Positions 11,004-21,234 of a stretch of DNA of 64,000 nt are shown here, in pieces; the stretch's first letter is position 1, and each line of letters starts with the position of its first letter. A program made the translations under genes and the position numbers. The notes under the pieces are model-generated. The model made no database searches. It was not told the origin of the DNA and was given only the letters and a program-made list of their open reading frames with translations. Source of the stretch: Candidatus Moraniibacteriota bacterium (GTDB lineage Bacteria; Patescibacteriota; Minisyncoccia; Moranbacterales; DUUL01); assembly GCA_041583775.1 (NCBI GenBank), contig JBFHFF010000002.1, forward strand, positions 64,274-128,273. Reading direction: 5' to 3'.

Positions 11004-12383
11004 ATGCTCAACAAAATTAAAGGCTCTTTTCGTGATCCAAGCGGATTTTTATTCTATAAAAAAGGGGTTTTGTATCGAAATATAGATAAGTCATACGAAG
11101 AAAACTACAAAAAACTCGTCTCTTCTGGTCTTTTGGCAGAGCTTTGGAATAAAGATCTTCTCATCAAACATCGAGAAGTTGAAACTCAAAAAAGTGATTT
11201 CTCATCTTTCAAGACAATCCAACCAGAAAAGCTCCCTTTCATTTCATATCCCTATGAATGGTGTTTTTCTGAACTCAAAGATGCTGCACTTTTGACCCTA
11301 GAGATACAAAAAATAGCCCTCTCTTATGGGATGAACCTGAAAGATGCAAGCGCTTTTAATGTGCAGTTTAAAAACGGAAAACCAATTTTCATTGACACAC
11401 TTTCTTTTGAAATACACAACAAAAACACTCCTTGGGTCGCATATAAACAATTTTGCCAGCATTTTCTCGCTCCCTTGGCATTGATGAAATATCAAGATTT
11501 GCGTTTAAATATTCTTTTCCGAACCTTTCTCGATGGCGTTCCCTTGGATCTTGCAAGTTCACTTTTGCCCAAAAAATCACTTTTAAACTTCTCTTTTTTG
11601 ACACATATCCATCTACATGCAAAAACGCAAAAACACTATGCAAACAAACCAGAAAGAGGTCAATTGAGAAAAAGTCCGAAGATGAACAAAGACGCTCTTC
11701 TAGCGTTAATTTCAAGCCTAGAAAGTGCCATTAAAAGGATTCTGATAAAAGAAATCGACACTGAATGGGGGAATTATTACAACTCAACAAACTATTCCGA
11801 ATCTTCTTTTCTGAAAAAAAGAGAAGTTATTGAAGAATTTCTTAGAAAATCAGGGAAAATTAAAAATGTTTGGGATTTAGGAGGAAATACTGGTGTTTTC
11901 AGTAGAATTGCTTCAAATAAAGATATTAAAACAATTTCCTTTGATATTGACCCTCTTGCAGTTGAGAAAAACTATCTTTTAACTAAAAAAAACCAAGAAT
12001 CAAACATTTTTCCTTTGGTTATGGATCTAACCAATCCAAGTCCCGGTCTTGGTTGGGCTCATTCAGAAAGATACTCCCTGCAAGCAAGAGCAAATTCCGA
12101 TTTAATTATGGCACTTGCAATTATCCATCACCTTTGTATTTCTAACAATCTTCCCTTTTTGAATATTGCTGAATATTTCAGTAAATTAGCAAAAAACTTA
12201 ATCATTGAGTTTGTTCCAAAATCAGATTCAAATGTAAAAAGATTGCTTGCAACCAGAGAAGATATTTTCAAAAAATATGACGAAAAACACTTTGAAGAAG
12301 CTTTTCTAAAGTTCTATCAAATCAAAGAAAAAAGGAAAATACAAGATTCTGAGAGAATTTTATACTTAATGGAAACCTTTTGA
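11004..12383 (+). CDS. NoeA-like class I SAM-dependent methyltransferase with kinase-like N-terminal half
   Basis: SFRDPSG start, LKDASAFNV and FIDTLSF motifs, SAM-binding WDLGGNTG. Confidence 0.75.
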   Translation: MLNKIKGSFRDPSGFLFYKKGVLYRNIDKSYEENYKKLVSSGLLAELWNKDLLIKHREVETQKSDFSSFKTIQPEKLPFISYPYEWCFSELKDAALLTLEIQKIALSYGMNLKDASAFNVQFKNGKPIFIDTLSFEIHNKNTPWVAYKQFCQHFLAPLALMKYQDLRLNILFRTFLDGVPLDLASSLLPKKSLLNFSFLTHIHLHAKTQKHYANKPERGQLRKSPKMNKDALLALISSLESAIKRILIKEIDTEWGNYYNSTNYSESSFLKKREVIEEFLRKSGKIKNVWDLGGNTGVFSRIASNKDIKTISFDIDPLAVEKNYLLTKKNQESNIFPLVMDLTNPSPGLGWAHSERYSLQARANSDLIMALAIIHHLCISNNLPFLNIAEYFSKLAKNLIIEFVPKSDSNVKRLLATREDIFKKYDEKHFEEAFLKFYQIKEKRKIQDSERILYLMETF

Positions 12384-13951
12384 AAATAAACACGACAACA
12401 AAAAAGAAACGAAAAGTGGTTTTAATTTTACACCCTTATCTATTCGCCCTATTTTCTGTTTTATCATTATACAGCTATAACAAAGACCTGGTTAATCCCT
12501 CTTATGCTTTTTGGCCGACAATAATGGTCTTGTTTTTCGCTCTCTTTACACACCTTTTAGTGAAATATTTCGTTAAAGACAGAGATAAAGCAGCGCTATT
12601 AACTTCAATTTTTCTATTCACATTCCTATCCTTTGGACATTATGTCGAACTACCCTTTTTGCTTTTTCAAGAAATGCCTATAGAAAATTTAAATTATTAT
12701 ATAATACTAATAGGCTGGATTATTTTTCTTACGGTTACTGCTAATCAAATCATAAAAACAAAAAAACAATTTTCAAAAATCACTTTTTATCTAAATGCTG
12801 TTTCTGTCATTTTGGTTTTGATTTCCTTTTTTAATATTACTTTTTATGAAATTAAAACTAAAAATGTTACTGAGTTAATTGAAAAAAGCAACAATATTGG
12901 CCAATCAGCTTCCACTGAAAAACATCCTGATATTTATTATATCATTTTAGATGGCTTTGCTAGACAAGATATTCTAAAAGAAATATACCATGCCGATGAT
13001 AGTGTTTTCGTTTCCTCCCTGGAAAATCTTGGCTTTTTCGTTGCAAGTCAAAGTACTTCCAATTATCCCCAAACTTATCTGTCAGTTTCTTCAGCACTTA
13101 ATTTGAAATATCTTGATGATGTTGCATTAACTGTGGGTGAAGAATCTCAAGACCGTGGGCCTTTAAGAAAAATAATAAAAGACAATCAAGTTTATCAGAC
13201 ATTAAAAGAAAAGGGATATTCATTTGTATCTTTCCCATATACTTGGACTGGAACGGCCGACAATCAACACACTGATATCTATATGCAAGATCAAATTGGC
13301 TTTGGAGAATTTGGTGATTTATTCTTAAATCTCACACCTCTTTCAATTTTTCTTCAAAAAAATCTTCAATTTGAACAACATCGAAATAAAATCCTACATG
13401 TATTCGAAAAAATGCCAGATGTTGCAAAAATAGAGAAACCAACCTTTACTTATACTCATATCTTAGCACCACACCCACCTTTTGTCTTTAAATCAGACGG
13501 TGGTCCAACTGAGATGACTGGTAAAATGTATGGAAATGATGGAAGTCATTATTTCGAACTTCATCCAAATAAAGAGGAATACAGAAAATTATACGCAGAA
13601 CAACTCTCATTTATAGCAAAAAAAACTCTAGCAATGACGAAAGAAATCATTGAAAATTCCAAAGAAGAGCCTGTTATTATAATCCAATCAGACCATGGTC
13701 CAGGATCAATGTTAGAGTGGGAAGATGAAGAGAAAACAAATCTTCCAGAGCGCTTTTCAATCCTCAATGCCTATTACCTTCCAAGCGACAAAAATACAAA
13801 ACTTTATGAAACAATCACGCCAGTAAACTCCTTTCGTGTTGTCTTCAACAACATTTTTGACGCCAACTTAGAGCTCCTTCCTGATAGAAATTATTTTGCT
13901 CGTTGGAACACGCCTTACGCCCACATTGATATAACTGAAAAGTTGCAGTGA
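12380..13951 (+). CDS. Membrane-anchored sulfatase/alkaline-phosphatase-superfamily protein (NoeB-like)
   Basis: Five N-terminal TMs, then PDIYYIILDG, PHPPF and IIQSDHG motifs. Confidence 0.75.
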   Translation: MKINTTTKKKRKVVLILHPYLFALFSVLSLYSYNKDLVNPSYAFWPTIMVLFFALFTHLLVKYFVKDRDKAALLTSIFLFTFLSFGHYVELPFLLFQEMPIENLNYYIILIGWIIFLTVTANQIIKTKKQFSKITFYLNAVSVILVLISFFNITFYEIKTKNVTELIEKSNNIGQSASTEKHPDIYYIILDGFARQDILKEIYHADDSVFVSSLENLGFFVASQSTSNYPQTYLSVSSALNLKYLDDVALTVGEESQDRGPLRKIIKDNQVYQTLKEKGYSFVSFPYTWTGTADNQHTDIYMQDQIGFGEFGDLFLNLTPLSIFLQKNLQFEQHRNKILHVFEKMPDVAKIEKPTFTYTHILAPHPPFVFKSDGGPTEMTGKMYGNDGSHYFELHPNKEEYRKLYAEQLSFIAKKTLAMTKEIIENSKEEPVIIIQSDHGPGSMLEWEDEEKTNLPERFSILNAYYLPSDKNTKLYETITPVNSFRVVFNNIFDANLELLPDRNYFARWNTPYAHIDITEKLQ

Positions 13952-13977
13952 TCTTTCTATGAGCAATTTTAAAAAAG

Positions 13978-14012
13978 AAAAGCGGTGATACTGCATCAGT
14001 ATTACCGCTTTT
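13978..14012. terminator. Bidirectional terminator
   Basis: AAAAGCGGTGATACTG-cat-CAGTATTACCGCTTTT. Confidence 0.85.
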
Positions 14013-14018
14013 TTCAAC

Positions 14019-14645
14019 TCACATCGCGAGAAATCTTATTTCATCTTCAACCCTTTTTACAAAAGAATCTCTCTGTTCTGGTGGAAGATACGGGGCACCA
14101 ATTGAAATTTCCACTTTCCTTTCAAAAATTGGAGTTCTTTTGTTTGGTGGAAAAACTTCAAAAGCGCCCTTAATTCCAACTGGCAAAATAAATAAACCTG
14201 GAACACTTTTGGTAATCACTGTAAAACCAGGATTTATTTCATTTAATTCTCCTGTTCTCGTCCTGGTTCCTTCTGGGAAAATAACAACCGGTCCTTGACC
14301 TTCCCTTAAAATCTTGCTTGCTTTCTTAAGCGAAAGTTTGTCAGCACTCAATTGACCCATAGCCAAAAGAGCAAATCTCCATAAACGCTTATTGAAATAA
14401 TCATCTTTAATGAAAAAAACCAGATTTGGAGATTTTCTAAAAACAAAAATCAACAATAAAAAATCTAAATAGGACTGATGATTTGCTAAAATCAAAAAAT
14501 TACCACCTACTGGCACATTCTCTTGTCCATTCACCTTGCAAAGCCAGACAAAAGCAACTAACCTAGTAACTAAATTTTTTAAAAGCCAATAATAAATAAC
14601 CCCTAAGAAATTAAAGTTTTTTTTGATTTTTCCATTTTTCTGCAT
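14019..14645 (-). CDS. PlsC-family lysophospholipid acyltransferase
   Basis: NHQSYLD and FPEGTRT motifs. Confidence 0.88.
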   Translation of the reverse strand: MQKNGKIKKNFNFLGVIYYWLLKNLVTRLVAFVWLCKVNGQENVPVGGNFLILANHQSYLDFLLLIFVFRKSPNLVFFIKDDYFNKRLWRFALLAMGQLSADKLSLKKASKILREGQGPVVIFPEGTRTRTGELNEINPGFTVITKSVPGLFILPVGIKGAFEVFPPNKRTPIFERKVEISIGAPYLPPEQRDSFVKRVEDEIRFLAM

Positions 14646-14738
14646 ATTTGGCCTCCTTTGGGTGTTTTTTATTGCCCATGAGAAATATTTAAGGAACTGT
14701 TGAGGTTTTACTATACCTTAATTCCGAAAAAGAAACAA

Positions 14739-16637
14739 TCACTGAATATAATAAGGAAATCTGATTTGCCAAAAATCACGCTTTGGCAATGTGGGTTTTG
14801 TAACAGAATTAACATATTCCTCCTCAATGCCTTCAATTGGTGTGTATTCTATCCGTAAAGATCTCTCGAATCTCTTTTCGTTGAGTAAATATGTGTTTAT
14901 TTTTGGGGAATGAAAAGAAAGCTCTTTTTCGTTGCTTTTTTGCGCAAAAATAAAACTTTCTTGCGAACCAGAAACAAAACTATCAATGATTTGATTAACT
15001 ATCTCTTCCATTTCTTGTTCAGAAATCTGTTCTTTATTTTTTTCTAAAATATACTCCTTCGCTAAAAAACGAGCTTGTTTATTATCCTCTTCTAAATAGG
15101 AAATAAATGGTACTATTTTTTCAAAACCAGCTGATTTAACTGTATTTACATATTCTTTCCAAGGCGATTTTTTATCCTCAAGAATTCGCAATCCGTTTTC
15201 AGTTGATTCTATATGAGAAGCTATTCCCGGCGCATCAAAAACTAAAAAACCATCATCTTTAAGACGATTTTTAACAAAACTATAAAATTCCTTACTATAT
15301 AATCTTGAAATATTGTAATCAACTGCCAAGGGGAAATCCATGTAAATAGCATCAAATTGATCTTTTGAGTCTCTTACAAAGGAATATGCGTCAGCAACCT
15401 TCAAATCAACCCTTTTATTAGAAAGAGAATCTTTGTTCATTGCTAGAAAAAGGGGGTGTTCCTTGCCAAGTCGAATCATTTCTGGATCAATTTCAACTTG
15501 AACAATCTCTTTTATATCCTGATATTTCAAAAGTTCCCTAGTTAACATACCATCTCCTCCCCCAAGAACTAACACTTTTTCTGGAACTTTATCGGTAGCA
15601 AGAATTGGCACATGTGCAAAATATTCATGATATATTTCTTCCGTTCCTGAATTAAATTGCCAGTCACCATTAAGATAGAGCTCTTTTCCGATGGGAAAAT
15701 CTGGTTCAAAAACAAGTTTGTCAGTATAAGCATCCATAACGATATCAGCAGCGTTAAAAGTTTGCCCGTCAATAATATCAATTTTTTGATAAGCAGAGTT
15801 ATAAGTCTCAATTTTTGGAGCGTCTTTTAGTGGAAGAAAAATGTCTCTAAACCTATGAAGGGCTTGGGGGTAATAAAAATATTTTTCTGAAAAATATTTT
15901 TCAATATTATCAGCTTTTAATATACCAAAAAAGAAACTCCCCATTAACAATAACGCGATAATAAATCTGCTTTTATTTTTTTTCTCTTTTTCTAAAAATA
16001 TTTTCACTAGATATATTGCTGCAATTAAATTTATAATCGCAGTCAAAAAACCAACGGTAATTATGTTGAATACTGTAATGAAAAAAATTGGAAATAAAAT
16101 AGCACTAAACAAAGAAGCAAAATAATCAACAGCCAGTATTCTGTTCGTAACTATTTTTTTAGTTGAATATTTATTGGCAACATTCATTAACATTGGCAAT
16201 TCAAAGCCACTAAGAAAACCAATAATAACAACCACAAGTTGACTCCCAAGTAACATAAAAAATAAAGCTATTTTTTGATTACCATGTGACAAAAAATACA
16301 TATCAATGAGTTGAACAAAACGCATAGAACAAACAGCAAATGCTCCAAAAAAAGCTAGTGATATTTCCACCAAAAACAAATTCTTAATTGTATTTTCTTT
16401 TTCTATTTTTTCACTCAAAATTGAACCAACACCAAGTGATCCCAAAAAAAATCCCACTGTGATGCTATACCAAAAAATTGCATTTCCGGCAACAAGAGAA
16501 ATTGTTTGTGCTAAAAGAAGCTCATATAGCATACTACAAAAAGCAACTATAAAAGTTAATACATAAATCGCCTTTAACTTTTTTCTTTCAATCACTGCAA
16601 CTTCTTTTTTCTGTTTTTTCTCTTTTTGGTTTCTCAT
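14739..16637 (-). CDS. Membrane-bound spermidine synthase-like protein (TM domain plus aminopropyltransferase)
   Basis: Seven N-terminal TMs, then VLVLGGGDG, VEIDP and DAIYMDFP motifs. Confidence 0.8.
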   Translation of the reverse strand: MRNQKEKKQKKEVAVIERKKLKAIYVLTFIVAFCSMLYELLLAQTISLVAGNAIFWYSITVGFFLGSLGVGSILSEKIEKENTIKNLFLVEISLAFFGAFAVCSMRFVQLIDMYFLSHGNQKIALFFMLLGSQLVVVIIGFLSGFELPMLMNVANKYSTKKIVTNRILAVDYFASLFSAILFPIFFITVFNIITVGFLTAIINLIAAIYLVKIFLEKEKKNKSRFIIALLLMGSFFFGILKADNIEKYFSEKYFYYPQALHRFRDIFLPLKDAPKIETYNSAYQKIDIIDGQTFNAADIVMDAYTDKLVFEPDFPIGKELYLNGDWQFNSGTEEIYHEYFAHVPILATDKVPEKVLVLGGGDGMLTRELLKYQDIKEIVQVEIDPEMIRLGKEHPLFLAMNKDSLSNKRVDLKVADAYSFVRDSKDQFDAIYMDFPLAVDYNISRLYSKEFYSFVKNRLKDDGFLVFDAPGIASHIESTENGLRILEDKKSPWKEYVNTVKSAGFEKIVPFISYLEEDNKQARFLAKEYILEKNKEQISEQEMEEIVNQIIDSFVSGSQESFIFAQKSNEKELSFHSPKINTYLLNEKRFERSLRIEYTPIEGIEEEYVNSVTKPTLPKRDFWQIRFPYYIQ

Positions 16638-16647
16638 TTTAAAAGTT

Positions 16648-17358
16648 TTATTTCAAATAAATATTTATCATAATTTCATTTAAATTCTTTGAGAAAATAA
16701 ATGTTGCAATAAAGACAAAAAATAATGCAACTTGAAAATAAAACATTTTTTTTATATTTTTTTCAGCTTCTTTTTTAAAACCCCAATTCAAATAAAAAAT
16801 AATGCCCACAGCACAGTTTAAAAATCCAACGAAAAAAGTGGTTTGTAGTAGACCAAATTTTGGATAGAAAATAAAAGCAAAAATAAGTGAACCTGCAAAA
16901 GCACCCAGGTAATCAATTCCCAAAATATTTCCTTCATCCCTTTTTTTGTTTTTCTCTTCACTGGCAATTTCCATTAAAAGTGGAATTTCAAATCCTGTTA
17001 AAATTCCAATAAGTACGATCATTAAAAGTGCAAAAATTAAAAAAAGTGTACTGCTCCCCAAAATAAAATTGGCAAAAAATAATAAAATTGTCGAGAATCC
17101 ACCAATTATCATAAGCAGACTTTCCACAGCCATAAATGAGTATATTTGATTTTTCACAACTCTTCCTTCTGCAAACATGGCCCCTATTCCCATCGAAAAC
17201 ATATACAATCCAATTGTCACACTAAAGCGCAAAATTGTATTTCCCAAAAACAATGATAGGGCTTGACCAAGAGCCAACTCATAAGCAATACTGCAAAAAG
17301 CAACAATAAAAGTAAGAATGTATAATAATTTTAATTTATTCACTTTTTTCAATTTCAT
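16648..17358 (-). CDS. Stand-alone TM domain homologous to the N-terminus of the spermidine synthase-like protein
   Basis: LTFIVAFCS..YEL and GFE.P.L motifs shared with 14739..16637. Confidence 0.75.
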   Translation of the reverse strand: MKLKKVNKLKLLYILTFIVAFCSIAYELALGQALSLFLGNTILRFSVTIGLYMFSMGIGAMFAEGRVVKNQIYSFMAVESLLMIIGGFSTILLFFANFILGSSTLFLIFALLMIVLIGILTGFEIPLLMEIASEEKNKKRDEGNILGIDYLGAFAGSLIFAFIFYPKFGLLQTTFFVGFLNCAVGIIFYLNWGFKKEAEKNIKKMFYFQVALFFVFIATFIFSKNLNEIMINIYLK

Positions 17359-17983
17359 TTTTTATTTTTCCTCCTTTCTTTTTTCCAAAAAAATCTGCTA
17401 TTTTTTTGCAAGCAAAAAAACTAACAATAAAGGTTACCTCCCAAAACAAAAGAGAATTAACCAAAAAATATCTCAAATAACCTTCCATTGGATCAACAAC
17501 ATCACATGCATAAAAAACACAGTTAATGTTTTCCAATGAATCCGTGAAAAAGAACGAGGAAGATAGCAAGGCAAATCCATAGATTAAAATTGGTAACAAT
17601 GCGTTCCTTGCAAATCCAAGCTTCCAGACCCCATAAAAAGAAATTGGGATTACAATGGCATGCAAATTCACAGAAAGCCAAAAAACTGTCAGTCCATAAG
17701 AAAATAACATTGCGGTTCTACCAGCACCAACTCCAATTGCTTCCAAAAAGAAGTCTAGAATCCATCTGAACTGGGCTGGAATAGCCATAACCAAAGCTAA
17801 TGTTATCATCACTCGATTACGCAAAATAAGTCCTACTCCCAAAATAACAGCTGTCATATCACAAAACCATAAAATTTCAGTAGGATTGTGCCAACGCACA
17901 AAATTTACATATTGATTGGCAAACACGCTTCCAAGCACAAACAGACCCAAAAAGAAAAATCTATCGAATTCTACTTTTTTCAT
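17336..17983 (-). CDS. Hypothetical integral membrane protein
   Basis: Hydrophobic ORF with WFCD and NINCVF motifs. Overlaps the downstream gene. Confidence 0.65.
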   Translation of the reverse strand: MKKVEFDRFFFLGLFVLGSVFANQYVNFVRWHNPTEILWFCDMTAVILGVGLILRNRVMITLALVMAIPAQFRWILDFFLEAIGVGAGRTAMLFSYGLTVFWLSVNLHAIVIPISFYGVWKLGFARNALLPILIYGFALLSSSFFFTDSLENINCVFYACDVVDPMEGYLRYFLVNSLLFWEVTFIVSFFACKKIADFFGKKKGGKIKNEIEKSE

Positions 17984-18283
17984 CTTTTATTCTTAAAATA
18001 GTTTTTATTTCACCTGATGTCTTTTAGTATAGCAATCATCTGTTTTTGAGCAAGTTTCCAAAACTAATTTTTTTACTACTTATTGCCACAAAAATAGCCC
18101 TGGGAGCTCTATTTATAGATGCTGTATTGTTTTTATGCTATCGATACTGCACTTGCTTATTAAACTGTACAAATCCTCTTAGGGATTAAATTTGAGCATT
18201 TTAGCTTTATTTATTTTTTATTTCCTCATAATCAAAAAACACCTTTTTTTGATGTTTTTTGATTAGCCATTTTTAGTCTGTGA

Positions 18284-18748
18284 TTATTTCATTTTCAATT
18301 TCATCATTTTTCCTAGCTCTTCTTGTAATTTCTTGATATGCCCCTCTGTTTCCAGATTCAACTTCTCCAACACTTCCTTCACTGTTTTTTGATTAGGCGC
18401 AAAAATTTCAAAACTTTTTTTCTCTAGAAAAGATTGTTCCACCCTCAAAGCAACATTAAGAGCTTCAATATGAGAAATTTCCATATTTTTTGCTTCCTCA
18501 ACTGATTTTTTCACAAAATCAAAAATATTTCGAATTATTCCTTGATGAAATTTATTCTTCTCAAAAGAATTCTCACTTTTTTTATCAATTTTGGCAATCT
18601 CCTCAGCATGTCTGACTTCTTCTTTGGAAATTTTTTCCCAAAAAGTTTTCTTCTCGGGTATTTTTTCTGAATAAATTTTATACAATTCACTTATGTTCAA
18701 TTCATTTTGCTCAAATGCATCTAAAATGGACTTTGATTCAAAGTTCAT
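18284..18748 (-). CDS. Ferritin/rubrerythrin-like protein
   Basis: Paired EExxH and ETxxH motifs. Confidence 0.7.
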   Translation of the reverse strand: MNFESKSILDAFEQNELNISELYKIYSEKIPEKKTFWEKISKEEVRHAEEIAKIDKKSENSFEKNKFHQGIIRNIFDFVKKSVEEAKNMEISHIEALNVALRVEQSFLEKKSFEIFAPNQKTVKEVLEKLNLETEGHIKKLQEELGKMMKLKMK

Positions 18749-18836
18749 AGCTTTGTTTTAATTGTTATTCCCTTGTTTAAATTCAACGCGTGGTGATTTT
18801 ACAAGAATTAATCTTTTTTATAAAAAGATAATTAAT

Positions 18837-20012
18837 TTATTCCAAGTCCACCCACCAATGTTTTTGTGGGATTTCCAAATTAGAGAAAAAACTTTCGCCG
18901 ATCATCGGTGAGGCTAGCATCAATTCTCTTCTACTAGCTTCCTCTGAGACCCTTTCTAGCGGCTCTTTCCAAGGATGTAAAGATAAATCAAATTTTGAAT
19001 TATGTATTGGCATTAAAATTTTTGCCTTCAAATCAATTGCTGTCTGAACAGTTTCCTCTGGAAACATATGCACATCTGGCCAATTTTTGTTATATGCGCC
19101 ACTTTCAATAAAAGCAATCTCAAAAGGCCCAAACTCCTCCCCAATTTTTTTAAACTCTTTAAAATAAGCACTATCGGCCCCAAGATAAATCCTCTTTTCA
19201 TTGTTTTGAATTATCCATCCTCCCCAAAGAGTCGCCATTCTATCATTCAACCCTCTTCCCGAGAAATGCCTTGTTGGAGTAAATACAAAACCCAATTCAC
19301 CAAAACTACTTTTTTCATACCAATCAAATTCAGTTATTTTATTTTCGGCCACTCCCCATTTTAAAAGATGCGCTCCAACACCTAGGGGAACATAAAACTT
19401 TTCCACTCTATCTTTAAGTTCAATTATGGACTTATAATCGAGATGATCATAATGATCATGAGAAATCAAAACTATATCAATTTTTGGTAAATCAGTTAAT
19501 TCATACTCTCGCTCATAAGGAAATCTTTTAGGACCAAGAAATTCGAATGGTGAAGATCTTTTGGAAAAAACAGGATCAACTATTATAGTTTTATCGCCTG
19601 ATTTAATTAACAAAATTGAATGTCCTAACCAAGTAACTAAAAAATCATCAATTTCTTCTTTTTGATATATTTCTTTATCCAAACTTAAGTTTGGCAAAGG
19701 CTCTTGAGGACTTCTTTTTAATTTGTCTGAAAAATAAAACTCTCTCAATAATTCAAAAAAATTTCTATCACTTCGCGACATAGACATATTGGTCTCAACT
19801 AAATTTTGAAATTTACCATCTTTAAAATTATTGGATTTCTGAAGCTCACGCAATTTTCCCTCATTATTTCTTGATCCAAAAGCGGGATTAAAGTAATAGA
19901 CCAGAAAACCAGCTGCTCCTATTGTTAAAAATATATATAATATCATATTTGCTACCTTTCTAGTTGTTTTTTTCTCTTTTTTTTCAGCAGAGCATTCTTT
20001 TTGCATTACCAT
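18837..20012 (-). CDS. MBL-fold metallohydrolase (RomA/NAPE-PLD-like)
   Basis: WLGHS, SHDHYDHLD and HFSGRG motifs. Confidence 0.9.
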   Translation of the reverse strand: MVMQKECSAEKKEKKTTRKVANMILYIFLTIGAAGFLVYYFNPAFGSRNNEGKLRELQKSNNFKDGKFQNLVETNMSMSRSDRNFFELLREFYFSDKLKRSPQEPLPNLSLDKEIYQKEEIDDFLVTWLGHSILLIKSGDKTIIVDPVFSKRSSPFEFLGPKRFPYEREYELTDLPKIDIVLISHDHYDHLDYKSIIELKDRVEKFYVPLGVGAHLLKWGVAENKITEFDWYEKSSFGELGFVFTPTRHFSGRGLNDRMATLWGGWIIQNNEKRIYLGADSAYFKEFKKIGEEFGPFEIAFIESGAYNKNWPDVHMFPEETVQTAIDLKAKILMPIHNSKFDLSLHPWKEPLERVSEEASRRELMLASPMIGESFFSNLEIPQKHWWVDLE

Positions 20013-20085
20013 ATAACTACATTGAATTATTTAATTCCGAACAATTTTTTCCTTAAAAAAATAACATTAAGAAATTTACAACAGA

Positions 20086-21234
20086 TTATTGCACTAACAG
20101 GTATTGTTTAAAGAAGGTAATGGATCTTTTCATAGCGATTGAAAAGTTTGGACCAGAAATATTATGGTCTCCTCCAGGATATTCATAAAGCTCAACTTTT
20201 TTACCATTTTCTAACAAAATTTCTTCAAAATGACGAGACAATTCCACTGGAACGCTCTTGTCATTAGTGCCATGATGAAGCTGGATAGGTGTGGAAATGT
20301 TTTGAATATAGGAATATGGGTCAAACTTAGACCAAAAAAGTGATTTTGGGCTTGGTTGACCATTTTTTGCAACAAGCTCTTCTGGTAAACTAACTCTTGG
20401 TTCTGAGTCCTTCAAATCCTCATCTGTCTTATTTAGCCAAGGTATTTTATCACGATGAGTTATTAATAAATCTTCATAACTACCAACGACTCCACCCCAG
20501 ATAACCGCTGCTTTGATGCCTTCAGAAACTTCCAGCGCCCTCAATGTTAGTCCACCACCGTTAGAATGCCCCCACATTCCAATTAAATTTGGATTAACAT
20601 CTTTATATGTCTTTAGAGCGGAAATTAGATTAAGAGTATCAACAACATACTCTTGTGAAAAATTAGAGTTAACGGCCTCCCCTTCAGAAAAACCATGCCC
20701 TCTTAAATCTGGCTTAAATGTGACAAACCCATTTTTTGCAAAACCATCTTGATATGCTACATATCTGTCAGTAGTTTTGTATGTTTTTGGATCAAGATAT
20801 CCATGTAAAAAAATAATTATCGGAAAACCATTCTCTGGCTTGTTGTCATTTGGAACAGTAAATAATCCATTTATTTTCAGTCCATCTGACTGATAAGAAG
20901 CGATGTAGCGCTGATAGTTTATTCCCTGACTTAAAGTTTCTTCAATTTTAATTTCACTGGCTAGATAATCCCGCTCCATTAAAGATTCAATGTAAAGACC
21001 TGCATTTGGGTCAAAATTTTGAGTTTTTTCCTGGATTTGAATAGAGGTAATTTCTGTTTGTTGCGGATAATTCACTGGGGCAAAAACATTCTTTATCTGT
21101 TTTTTTGGTTGAAATAAAAAATAAGCAATTATCAGAACTGGGATTATTAATAATATGCTAAGTTTAAGTTTCATATCTGCATAATTTATCCAAATTAACA
21201 CTTCAAATACTACCCCAAAAATTAGGTGCCCCAC
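20086..21234 (-). CDS. Alpha/beta hydrolase (S9 peptidase-like); true start may be ATG 21174
   Basis: GHSNGG nucleophile elbow, HGTND and GDH triad motifs. Confidence 0.85.
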   Translation of the reverse strand: MGHLIFGVVFEVLIWINYADMKLKLSILLIIPVLIIAYFLFQPKKQIKNVFAPVNYPQQTEITSIQIQEKTQNFDPNAGLYIESLMERDYLASEIKIEETLSQGINYQRYIASYQSDGLKINGLFTVPNDNKPENGFPIIIFLHGYLDPKTYKTTDRYVAYQDGFAKNGFVTFKPDLRGHGFSEGEAVNSNFSQEYVVDTLNLISALKTYKDVNPNLIGMWGHSNGGGLTLRALEVSEGIKAAVIWGGVVGSYEDLLITHRDKIPWLNKTDEDLKDSEPRVSLPEELVAKNGQPSPKSLFWSKFDPYSYIQNISTPIQLHHGTNDKSVPVELSRHFEEILLENGKKVELYEYPGGDHNISGPNFSIAMKRSITFFKQYLLVQ

